A stretch of 62,223 nucleotides of DNA, the filler included, from an uncultured bacterium (GTDB taxonomy: Bacteria; CAYJOG01), in NCBI GenBank assembly GCA_964371695.1. It is 15 parts of 15 records of this genome, joined end to end, with 100 filler letters (N's around TTAATTAATTAA, not from the genome) between each part and the next. Parts side by side here need not be neighbours in the genome. Positions count along the whole stretch, not along the records: positions 29,289 to 33,339 come from CAYJOG010000325.1; positions 33,440 to 37,488 come from CAYJOG010000326.1; positions 37,589 to 41,636 come from CAYJOG010000327.1; 12 more parts are not named here. The stretch is one strand, 5' to 3'. The notes under the pieces are model-generated. The model was given only the letters and a program-made list of their open reading frames with translations. It searched no databases and had not been told where the DNA came from. Positions within the stretch are counted from its first letter, which is position 1. The number at the start of each line of letters is the position of its first letter. Both the position numbers and the translations under genes were made by a program. Shown here in pieces: positions 29,344-37,589 of the stretch.

Positions 29344-30837
29344 TTACACGGCGGCGACATGCCTGGGCGCGGCAACTTTCGTCGCCACGTCGTAATCCTG
29401 TTTTTTGAAGTGGTCGGTGAGCTGGCGGAACTCAAAGGTGAAGCCCGGCCACAGCGTGGTGATCTTTCCGTTTTTGTCCTGATACCAGCTTTGGCAGCCC
29501 GTGGCCCACACCGACTTTGCCAAGCGTTTCTGAATGCGTTCGTTAAAGGCGGCCTGCACCTGTTTTTTCACTTCGACGGCGCCACCGCCTTGCTGCTCGC
29601 AGGCTTTAATGCAGGCCACGGCGTGGTTCACGCAGCCTTCGATCATATAAATCATGCTGGTGTGGCCAATGCCCGAGTTGGGGCCTGAAAGCAAAAACAT
29701 ATTGGGGAACCCATGCACCGTGCTGCCCACATAGGCCTCGGCCCCGTTTTCCCATGCCTCCGCCAGCGATTGCCTCTCCCGGCCAAAAACGTGCTGGCCG
29801 ATGGGGTTGTCGGTGATGTGAAAACCCGTGGCGAAAATGATCACGTCCGCCTCGCGCAGGTCTCCCTGCACGGTGCGCACCCCATTGGGTGTGATGCGCC
29901 CGATGGCCTCGGTGACCAGCGTGCAGTTGGGCTGTTGCAGGGCGGGATACCAGTCGTTGGAAATCAGCACCCGCTTGCAGCCCATGGTGTAGTCGGGGGT
30001 GAGTTTCTGGCGCAGCACCGGGTCTTTCACCTGGGCCTTCAGGTGGGCCAGGGGCTGGCGCTCAAAAAGAGGGATCAGGCCGGGGTTCAGCACCATGCCC
30101 AGCACGCGCGCTTCGTGTTCCAGATAAATCAGCCCGCGATAAATGTCCTGCACGGGCGGCGCGTGGCGGAACACCGACTTGGCCGCTTCGCTGAACGCCG
30201 GGTTTTCGCGGGGGATGATCCAGTTGGGCGTGCGCTGGTAAACATCCACCTGGGCGGCTTCTTTGACAATATGAGGCACGAACTGGATGGCCGAGGCCGC
30301 CGCGCCAATCACCGCCACCCGCTTGCCCTTCAGGTCCAGGGAATGATCCCACCGGGCGCTGTGAAAGGACCGCCCCTTGAAGGACTTCAGGCCGGGGAAC
30401 GCCGGAATCTTGGGCTCTGCCAGCGCGCCGTGGCCCGCCAGCAGAAACCGCGCGGTGATTTCGCCCCGTGAGGTCTCAAGCCGCCACACCTGGCGGTTTT
30501 CGTCATACACCGCATTTTGCACGTTGCTGTTCAGGCGGATGCGGGAAGTGAGGTTGTATTTTTGGGCGGTGTGTTTGATGTATTCATACAGCTCCGCCTG
30601 GGTGGGATATTTCTGCGACCAGTCCGGGTTCTGCTCAAACGAAAAGGAATAAAGATGCGACGGCACGTCGCACTCTGCGCCGGGATAGTGGTTGTCGCGC
30701 CACACTCCCCCCAAAGAGGCTTCGCGCTCAAGCAGCACAAAGTTTTCGCGGCCCGACTGTTGCAGGCGGATGGCGGCGCACTGGCCTGCATAACCGGTGC
30801 CGATGATGGCGTAGTCGACCTGTTTTGAGTGTTTCAT
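29344..30837 (-). CDS. Baeyer-Villiger-type flavin monooxygenase
   Basis: GTGYAG, GGVWRDNHYPGAECD, FKGRSFHSARWD (FxGxxxHxxxW), GCKR, ATGF. Confidence 0.93.
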   Translation of the reverse strand: MKHSKQVDYAIIGTGYAGQCAAIRLQQSGRENFVLLEREASLGGVWRDNHYPGAECDVPSHLYSFSFEQNPDWSQKYPTQAELYEYIKHTAQKYNLTSRIRLNSNVQNAVYDENRQVWRLETSRGEITARFLLAGHGALAEPKIPAFPGLKSFKGRSFHSARWDHSLDLKGKRVAVIGAAASAIQFVPHIVKEAAQVDVYQRTPNWIIPRENPAFSEAAKSVFRHAPPVQDIYRGLIYLEHEARVLGMVLNPGLIPLFERQPLAHLKAQVKDPVLRQKLTPDYTMGCKRVLISNDWYPALQQPNCTLVTEAIGRITPNGVRTVQGDLREADVIIFATGFHITDNPIGQHVFGRERQSLAEAWENGAEAYVGSTVHGFPNMFLLSGPNSGIGHTSMIYMIEGCVNHAVACIKACEQQGGGAVEVKKQVQAAFNERIQKRLAKSVWATGCQSWYQDKNGKITTLWPGFTFEFRQLTDHFKKQDYDVATKVAAPRHVAAV

Positions 30838-30922
30838 GAGAGGCTCCTTGTCGCATCTTCGTTTTGTTTGTGTGTGATGGGCATGGTTTGGGGATTGGGC
30901 AAAAAGGCAAACAGGCTCTTAA

Positions 30923-31086
30923 GTTTTCTGGTTCGCCGGTTTCGTCCTTGAAACCTTGCGAACAACGCCGCACGCCCCAGCCCAACCCTAAAAGGCGTGT
31001 GTTGATCACTTCTTTTTCCGCCAATGCCTCAATTTTGACGTGCGCCGTCCATTCTGGGGCGGCGGCGGAAATGGCCATCCATGGCC
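30923..31086 (-). repeat. Structured dispersed repeat family R2, copy 2
   Basis: Homologous to 33-188. Confidence 0.85.
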
Positions 31087-31144
31087 TTTGGCAATGGATG
31101 TCGCCAAACGGTTGATGATCATGAAGTTTCTGCGGGGTTCTATC

Positions 31145-31189
31145 TGACATTAATTATTGTCACTTTACATCTGACAACAAACCGTGTCA
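31145..31189. promoter_or_regulatory. Tandem TGACA-N8-TGTCA palindromes; probable operator of the adjacent TetR
   Basis: 31145-31162 and 31172-31189, both preceded by ATC, between the divergent BVMO and tetR genes. Confidence 0.75.
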
Positions 31190-31199
31190 AATGATAAGT

Positions 31200-31871
31200 A
31201 TGAACACCGCCCAAAACCCCGGACGCCGTTATGGCGGCGCCAGCGCCACCGAGCGGCAGACCCAGCGGCGTGCCGAGTTGATCGCAGCAGGCACACAGAT
31301 CATCGGCACAGAGGGTTTTCAGACCGCCACCGTGCGGGCCGTGTGCCAGCAGGCCCGGCTCACCGAGCGATATTTCTACGAGTCTTTTTCGAGCCGCGAA
31401 GACCTTTTGATGGCGGTGTACCGCAACAGCGTGGCCCAGCTTTCGGCGCGGCTGGCGCGGTCGGTGCAGGGTGCGCCCCGCTCGGCCCAGGCCATGACCC
31501 GCGCTGCGGTCACCGCCGTTTTGTGGTGGCTGAGAGACGACCCCCGTCAGGCCCGCATCATTTATTTCGAAATGATGGGCTCCAGCGAAACCCTGGGGCA
31601 CGTTTTTCTGGAATACACCCAGGGTTTTGCTGACCTGGTGTTGGGTCTGCTCGCGCCCCTCATGGCCTCACGCCTGCCCAAGGGATATGACAAAGACGTG
31701 ATGGCGGCCGCCGTGGTGGGGGTGTTCAACCACATGGTGTTGTGGTGGGCGCTGACCGATTACGAAAAACCGCTCGAAGAAATGGTGGACGACTGCGTGT
31801 CCATCTTTCTCACCCTCATCAACCCCGCCATGAAAACCCCCACTCCCTCAAAAAAAGGAAGCGCACCATGA
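31200..31871 (+). CDS. TetR/AcrR family regulator
   Basis: RRYGG...ER...RR, TVRAVC..ARLTERYFYESF HTH. Confidence 0.93.
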   Translation: MNTAQNPGRRYGGASATERQTQRRAELIAAGTQIIGTEGFQTATVRAVCQQARLTERYFYESFSSREDLLMAVYRNSVAQLSARLARSVQGAPRSAQAMTRAAVTAVLWWLRDDPRQARIIYFEMMGSSETLGHVFLEYTQGFADLVLGLLAPLMASRLPKGYDKDVMAAAVVGVFNHMVLWWALTDYEKPLEEMVDDCVSIFLTLINPAMKTPTPSKKGSAP

Positions 31872-32989
31872 CAACAGCCGCCACTCGCCCCTACGACGCC
31901 GTGCTTTATGGCGCCACCGGTTTTACGGGCCGGCTCATCGCCCGGCAAATGGAAAAACGTCGCATGGCCTTTGCCGTGGCCGGGCGCAACGAAGAAAAAC
32001 TCCGCGCCCTGTCCGCCTCGCTCGCTTGTGCGCCGCCGGTGCTGGTGGCCAGCGCAGACGACACCCACGCCCTTGAAAACATGGCCGCCCAGGCCAGGGT
32101 GCTGGTGAGCGCAGCGGGGCCGTTCTGTGATTTTGGCATGCCGGTGGTGCGGGCGGCGGTGGCGGCGAAAACCCATTATCTGGACACCACCGGCGAACAG
32201 GCTTTTGTGCGTCAGGTGGCAGAGGAACTGCACGAAGCCGCACAAAAAGCCGATGTGGCCCTGTCGCCCTCCATGGGGTTTGACGTGGTGCCCGGCGATG
32301 TGGCGGCGTATCTGGCCGCCTGCGAACTGGGCGGCAAGGGCAAACCCGCGCCGTGCCGCCGCGCCGACGTGATTTACAGTGTGCAGGCGGGGGCGCTCAC
32401 GCGGGGCACCACCCGCACCGTGCTGGGCATGATGGCGGGCCAGGGTTTTACGTTTCGCGGTGGTCATTTTGTAAACGTGACGCCGGGGGAAAGCAGCACG
32501 ACCTTTGTTTTGCCGGGCGAAACCAAAAAGCAGAAAGCCATCCTGCTGCCCCTGGCCGAAACCGTGACGGTGGCCAGAGCGCTTGCGGTGGACAACGTGG
32601 ACACCTTCATGGTGATGCAGCCCGCAGAAGCCCTGGTGAGCCAGCACGCCGGGCCGCTGATGCGCCTGCTGATGGACCAACCCGCCATCAAAAACATGGT
32701 GGACAAGGCCATTGATCATTTGCCCGAAGGCCCGTCAGAAAGCGGGCGGGCGAAGTTTCGGTGGGACATCTTGGTGCGGGTGCAGGGGCGGGACGGCCGC
32801 CGGGCCGCCGTGCTGGCCAGTGGCCGGGACACCTATGGCATGACGGGTGAACTGCTGGCGCTTTACGCGGCTTTGCTGGCCAAACCGGGCTTCAAAAAAT
32901 CGGGGGCGCTGAGCCCCAGCCAGCTTGCGCCACCGGCGCAGACGTTGTCCCATCTCAAGGATTTCCCCATTCGGTTTCAGGTGGTTTAG
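31868..32989 (+). CDS. Saccharopine dehydrogenase-like NAD(P)-binding oxidoreductase
   Basis: YGATGFTG, AGRN, AGPF..G, HYLDTTGE, GFDVVPGD. Confidence 0.9.
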   Translation: MTTAATRPYDAVLYGATGFTGRLIARQMEKRRMAFAVAGRNEEKLRALSASLACAPPVLVASADDTHALENMAAQARVLVSAAGPFCDFGMPVVRAAVAAKTHYLDTTGEQAFVRQVAEELHEAAQKADVALSPSMGFDVVPGDVAAYLAACELGGKGKPAPCRRADVIYSVQAGALTRGTTRTVLGMMAGQGFTFRGGHFVNVTPGESSTTFVLPGETKKQKAILLPLAETVTVARALAVDNVDTFMVMQPAEALVSQHAGPLMRLLMDQPAIKNMVDKAIDHLPEGPSESGRAKFRWDILVRVQGRDGRRAAVLASGRDTYGMTGELLALYAALLAKPGFKKSGALSPSQLAPPAQTLSHLKDFPIRFQVV

Positions 32990-33192
32990 CTTGGTGGGGC
33001 AGGCGTCCCGCCCATCGCTGCTAACTTTCCCGGAGTAGCGGCGGGCTATCGCCTTCTCGCGGCTGGGTGCCCCAACGGGCACCCAGAAAGACCCCGCTCG
33101 AACTCCCGCCGCCGCGAATAGCAAAAACCCTTGATTTTCTTGTGGGCTGTGCGCGGTGGGGACACCGCGCCTACTCCTGTAAGCGGCTTATA

Positions 33193-33339
33193 CCAATGAA
33201 CATTCAAAACAGCATGAATGTTCATTGGATTAATTGGCCTTGCCGTTCGTCATGAACGGCTGCGGCCCGGCGCGGCGCAGGCAAAGCCTGCTTGCGCCGC
33301 GAACACCTCCGGCCCTGTCTGGGCCTCGGTGTTCGGGTC
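33193..33339. repeat. Multi-hairpin element at contig end, beginning with a perfect 14-bp inverted repeat
   Basis: CCAATGAACATTCA-N8-TGAATGTTCATTGG followed by three further hairpins. Confidence 0.55.
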
Positions 33340-33439
33340 NNNNNNNNNNNNNNNNNNNNNNNNNNNNNNNNNNNNNNNNNNNNTTAATTAATTAANNNNN
33401 NNNNNNNNNNNNNNNNNNNNNNNNNNNNNNNNNNNNNNN

Positions 33440-33553
33440 AAAGCCCTGGTCACGAGCGCGAAAACCTGTGCTTTTTCAAAGCTTCGGTTTTCGGTGCAGG
33501 TCTTCCTGACCTGCCAGAAGCCATCTCTTTGACATTTTTATGAGATGGCTTCT
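33440..33553 (-). repeat. R1 MITE-like element, partial copy cut by contig start
   Basis: AGAAGCCATCTC/GAGATGGCTTCT arms, GCAGGTC-AGGAA-GACCTGC hairpin, CGAAAACC...GGTTTTCG hairpin. Confidence 0.75.
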
Positions 33554-35117
33554 AAGGCGGCCCCACGGTCACCAGCGTGATGTCCTGCTCGCCGGGCACC
33601 AGCCAGGCCACGCCGCCGCCGGGCAGGTCCACCATGTCATGTTGCGCCGAAAGTGGCGCTCTGGTGGGCGCGGGGCCTTCCACCACCACGCCGTTTTCAT
33701 TCAGCACCGCCAGCGTGGCCTTGCCAGTTTTTTCGCCGCCTGTTTTGGCCCAGACCGCCAGAAAACGCCCGCCATAGGGGGCCAGATAAACCACGTCTTC
33801 GTCCGCGCCCGGCGTGCGGGTGACCCAGTGGCGGCTCTGAATGTTGCCCGCGCCGTCGGTGCGTACAAACAACACGTCGTGCTGGCGCTGCAAGCGGGCG
33901 TTTTCATCCAGCGGCGTGGCCATCACGCCCATCACGCCTTCGCCAAAGGGCAGGGCGCTGCCGAGAAACCCGGGGTAAAAATCTCCCTTTTCCCCCTGCA
34001 ATCTTTTGGCGGCGGCCTCATCGGGAAAAAGCACTTTGGTGGTGACGGGGGCCGAGGCGCGGCTGGCAAAAACAAGCCCCAGGGGATAGGCGTTGCCCAC
34101 CAGCAGTGAGAGGGTTTTTCCGCTGGCGGTCACGGCGAGGCGCTGGTGAAAACTGTCGCTGGTGGTCCAGTGGGTGGTGCGTTCGTTCAGCACCACGCCG
34201 TTGTGGGTGAGGGCCATGAACCGGTCGCCATTGTGAACGTTGCGCGGCTCGCCGGGTTTGGCCCAGTTCTGTTTGACGGGAATGAAAATCTCATAGGTCT
34301 GGCCGGTCCACACCAGCCGCCCCTCGCCCAGCTCGCCAGCCCAGAATTGCCCCGGCCCCTGGCCCTGTCCCCCCGCCAGCACGGCGCGGGTCACCTCGCG
34401 GCCCTGGGGGTCCAGCCGCAGGAACCACCATTCCTCCAGGTCGCGTCCCTTTTTGGCCAGCAGCGCCATGGAGCCATCGGTGTGGGTGAGCAGCGTGGTG
34501 ATGAACCAGCCCTTGAGGATGACTTCCGGTTTTTGCCAGCGGCCGTCCAGCGTGGCCTCGGCCAGGTGGGCATAACTGGGGCCATAGGCCCCCGGTGTTT
34601 CGTTCCAGGCGATTTTCACGCGGCCATTCACCAGCGGCCCCAGCAGCATGGCGGCGTCTTTTTGGGGCGGTAGCGCCCGGCGCGGCAAGTTCAGCACATG
34701 TACCCGCACCCTGTCCGCCAGCGCCCCGCCCCGCGCCAGTTCAGAGTTTTCTGATGCGGTTTCATCAACAGTTTGTCCCAGCACACGAATGGACGACACC
34801 TTGTCGTTCAGCCCCACGCTGCTCAGGTGGTGGCTGCCCTGCAGCAGCACCGCCTTCTTGCCCTGAAAATTGCCGTGTTCATACACCTCTACCGTGATGC
34901 CGGGGGCAAGCACCGACACACTGCTGAGTTTGTCGTTCCACTTGCGCCCCAGGACGGGCATTTCCTGGCCCTGGTGCATCTGGAAACGTTCGCCCCCCAG
35001 GTTGGCGTCGGTGGCGAAGGTGGCCACGGGGGTGAGGTTGACGGCCGCCTGCGCCCGGCCTGCCAGCGCCGAGCAAGCGATCAGCGTGAGCAGGAAAACA
35101 CCGCGCAGTTGGGGCAT
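33552..35117 (-). CDS. Secreted protein with N-terminal beta/gamma-crystallin domain and uncharacterised C-terminal domain
   Basis: Signal peptide (AQA); WNDKLSSV...YEHGNFQG...LNDKVSSIRV. Confidence 0.8.
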   Translation of the reverse strand: MPQLRGVFLLTLIACSALAGRAQAAVNLTPVATFATDANLGGERFQMHQGQEMPVLGRKWNDKLSSVSVLAPGITVEVYEHGNFQGKKAVLLQGSHHLSSVGLNDKVSSIRVLGQTVDETASENSELARGGALADRVRVHVLNLPRRALPPQKDAAMLLGPLVNGRVKIAWNETPGAYGPSYAHLAEATLDGRWQKPEVILKGWFITTLLTHTDGSMALLAKKGRDLEEWWFLRLDPQGREVTRAVLAGGQGQGPGQFWAGELGEGRLVWTGQTYEIFIPVKQNWAKPGEPRNVHNGDRFMALTHNGVVLNERTTHWTTSDSFHQRLAVTASGKTLSLLVGNAYPLGLVFASRASAPVTTKVLFPDEAAAKRLQGEKGDFYPGFLGSALPFGEGVMGVMATPLDENARLQRQHDVLFVRTDGAGNIQSRHWVTRTPGADEDVVYLAPYGGRFLAVWAKTGGEKTGKATLAVLNENGVVVEGPAPTRAPLSAQHDMVDLPGGGVAWLVPGEQDITLVTVGPP

Positions 35118-35190
35118 GAAGGAATATTAATCAAAAGGCTCCGAACGGGCAGGGGGTTTTCAGGCTGGCAGGCGTTTTACCACACCCTCA

Positions 35191-35373
35191 GAGCCTGTTT
35201 ATAAAGTCCCTCCTGGACTTTATAAACTTACCGCCAGCGGAGGCAAAGCCTCCTTGGCGGGCAAAAACCCCAGTATTTTCAACACTTCGGCTTTTGAGGC
35301 GGGACATCCATGTCCCGCAAGAGCCTGTTTCGATTACACCATGTTTCACATGGCGCAATTCAGAAACAGGCTC
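35191..35373 (-). mobile_element. Complete 183-bp MITE (family R1)
   Basis: 10-bp TIRs GAGCCTGTTT/AAACAGGCTC flanked on both sides by TCA (35188-35190, 35374-35376); no transposase. Confidence 0.8.
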
Positions 35374-35664
35374 TCACATCTTCCCCAGCCACATCAGCAC
35401 GCCAAACACCACAAACACCACGGCGGCGACTTTTTTGATGATCATTTCGGGGAACCATTTGCCCACCGCCGTGCCCAGCACCACGCCCAGCACGGTCACG
35501 CTCACCAGCGCCGCGCCCGCCCCCAGAATCACCGACAGGGGTTTGCCGCTGCGGGCCGCCTGGGTCATGGCCATGAGTTGGGTTTTGTCGCCCATCTCGG
35601 CCAGAAAAATCAGGGCGAAGGTGTTGGCGATCAGGGCCAGGTCCAGGGTAAACCAGTGTTTCAT
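35374..35664 (-). CDS. UPF0016/GDT1/TMEM165 family cation transporter, single-repeat form
   Basis: FLAEMGDKTQL motif once; three TM helices. Confidence 0.88.
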   Translation of the reverse strand: MKHWFTLDLALIANTFALIFLAEMGDKTQLMAMTQAARSGKPLSVILGAGAALVSVTVLGVVLGTAVGKWFPEMIIKKVAAVVFVVFGVLMWLGKM

Positions 35665-35729
35665 GAGATATTCCCCTTGGGAGCAAAAAACCATGCAATG
35701 GCTCCGCAGTGTTTTTTTGCCAGTGTGTC

Positions 35730-36638
35730 TCAGCCCTCCAGGTCGGCGCTGTTCAACTGGTCAAAATGCTGAAAGTCGAAGTAGTGCGGGTGACCCTTGA
35801 ACTCCACCGAGTGATATTTGGTGGTGGTGAAATCTTCGAGGTCGCCGGTGGAAAAGGTGCCGTCGGCGGGCAGGTAGTAGTAGTGAATGATGCTCAGGTC
35901 GTTGGGGGTGTCGTACATCTTGCGCACATAGCAGGTGTTGTGGTTCCAGTCATAACGCATGGAGAGGTAACCCGAAAAAGCCGCCCGCGCCTCCAGGCGG
36001 TTGGAGAGGGTGACCAGCATGGTGGCCAGCCGCTTGCGGTTGTAATGCAGGTGGGTTTCCTTGGGCACAATCACCCCCTTTGGGTTTTTGTTCCACTCAA
36101 ACTCAGGGTGCTGTTTGACGAATGAATCGGAACTGAAAAGGGGCCGGGCATATTTGCTGAACCACATGCTGGCTTTGCCAAAGGCCAGTTTCACCACGTA
36201 ATACTTGGGCATTTTTTCGATGATGGCGTTCATGCTCCAGCGGTAGATGTCGCCGTTGTTTACATAGGGGTTGGACCACCCCGCTCCCAGGCCCGCCTCC
36301 ACCTGAATGAATTCCACGCGATAAATCCGCTCCACCGTGCGCTTCATCAGGTCGGTGCCGGTGGGCAGCACGGTTTCGGGGTCGTGGGTGAGCCTGCTTT
36401 CTTCTCCAAAGGCGCCTGCGTTATACAAAAATCGCTTGGCGCGGGGGATGTCCTCGGAATAAACGCCGGAGTTGCTGAGCTCGCCGAAAAGCTCGGTGAG
36501 CAGCACCAGGGCGTTTTCTGCAAACACGGCGGGTTTGTCCTGGGCGGGGCAATAAAAATGGGCCTGAATCACACCCTGGCTGATTTCGTCCTGCAGGGAG
36601 TTCTCGTCAAAATAACTTTCCCAGAACTTGTGTTTCAC
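35730..36638 (-). CDS. Hypothetical protein (302 aa, aromatic-rich)
   Basis: Long ORF with GGAG RBS; start overlaps the upstream stop; no recognised motif. Confidence 0.75.
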   Translation of the reverse strand: MKHKFWESYFDENSLQDEISQGVIQAHFYCPAQDKPAVFAENALVLLTELFGELSNSGVYSEDIPRAKRFLYNAGAFGEESRLTHDPETVLPTGTDLMKRTVERIYRVEFIQVEAGLGAGWSNPYVNNGDIYRWSMNAIIEKMPKYYVVKLAFGKASMWFSKYARPLFSSDSFVKQHPEFEWNKNPKGVIVPKETHLHYNRKRLATMLVTLSNRLEARAAFSGYLSMRYDWNHNTCYVRKMYDTPNDLSIIHYYYLPADGTFSTGDLEDFTTTKYHSVEFKGHPHYFDFQHFDQLNSADLEG

Positions 36639-36922
36639 TGTTTTTCTCCCATGGGCAGAATGGTGATGCAGTCTTTGAGCACCATACTTTTGAGATAGAG
36701 ATCAAAATAACCGCCATAAATGGGGTGGCGCGCCGTGGCCTGTTTGTAAAGTGTGCGGGCGGCGTTGAAAACGTTGCCATAGATCACCGGCGTGTCACCA
36801 ATCTGGTTGTGTCGGCGGATGTCCGGCCCGTGGCGGCGCAGAATGTCCTGGACAAGATCCAGGGCGAGTTTTTCCGCAGTCTGACGGGTCATGGAGAGGG
36901 GCCGCCAAAGCGGCGACACCAT
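36635..36922 (-). CDS. Small helical hypothetical protein
   Basis: Coupled to the downstream gene; AEKLALDLVQDI...AARTLY pattern; start uncertain. Confidence 0.6.
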   Translation of the reverse strand: MVSPLWRPLSMTRQTAEKLALDLVQDILRRHGPDIRRHNQIGDTPVIYGNVFNAARTLYKQATARHPIYGGYFDLYLKSMVLKDCITILPMGEKQ

Positions 36923-36985
36923 TAAACCAGAAACCGGACAGAGAGAGGGAACAATTTGTCGGCTTCAGGGAGGCAAAAAGACGGG

Positions 36986-37354
36986 TCACCCCGTCCGGTG
37001 GTCCTGTGTCCACAGGTTGGCGATGGCCTCGGCGGCCCGTTTGCGCACCACGGGATAGTCGTCCTGCAGCAGTTTTTCCAGCACGGGGATTTCGGTCTCG
37101 CTGCCGATTGTTCCCAGGGTGCGGGCCACAATCTGGCGCAGCATCTGCACCGGGTGATCCGCCAGTTCGGCCACGCGGGCGGCGGTCTTTGGATCTGGCC
37201 CCGTGCGGCGCAGCGCATGCACCGCCTCGGCGACGACTTCCCACCGGGGGTGCGTGAGGGCGTCCAGGCAGTCCTGCCGCTCCTGGGGGTTCAGGGTGTC
37301 CTGCCTTCCCAGAAGATAGAGGCGATCACGCGCTGTCTCCCACGATTCTTCCAC
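36986..37354 (-). CDS. HEAT-repeat protein
   Basis: LTHPRWEVVAEAVHAL, LADHPVQMLRQIVARTLG, LLQDDYPVVRKRAAEAI. Confidence 0.85.
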   Translation of the reverse strand: MEESWETARDRLYLLGRQDTLNPQERQDCLDALTHPRWEVVAEAVHALRRTGPDPKTAARVAELADHPVQMLRQIVARTLGTIGSETEIPVLEKLLQDDYPVVRKRAAEAIANLWTQDHRTG

Positions 37355-37589
37355 GGTGGCGCATGGTAACACGGTCAAAAGCATGGCGGTGCGGGCCAAA
37401 AAAGTCCACGGCGGACTTTATAAACAGGTTTTAATACAAATTTTCAATCGAAACAACATTAACCCTGAGCGATGAGCCGGTTTGGAAANNNNNNNNNNNN
37501 NNNNNNNNNNNNNNNNNNNNNNNNNNNNNNNNTTAATTAATTAANNNNNNNNNNNNNNNNNNNNNNNNNNNNNNNNNNNNNNNNNNNNT

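Noticed and set aside
30923-31086. R2 as a hammerhead ribozyme (GAAAC next to a stem)
   Set aside because: No CUGANGA core is conserved in both copies
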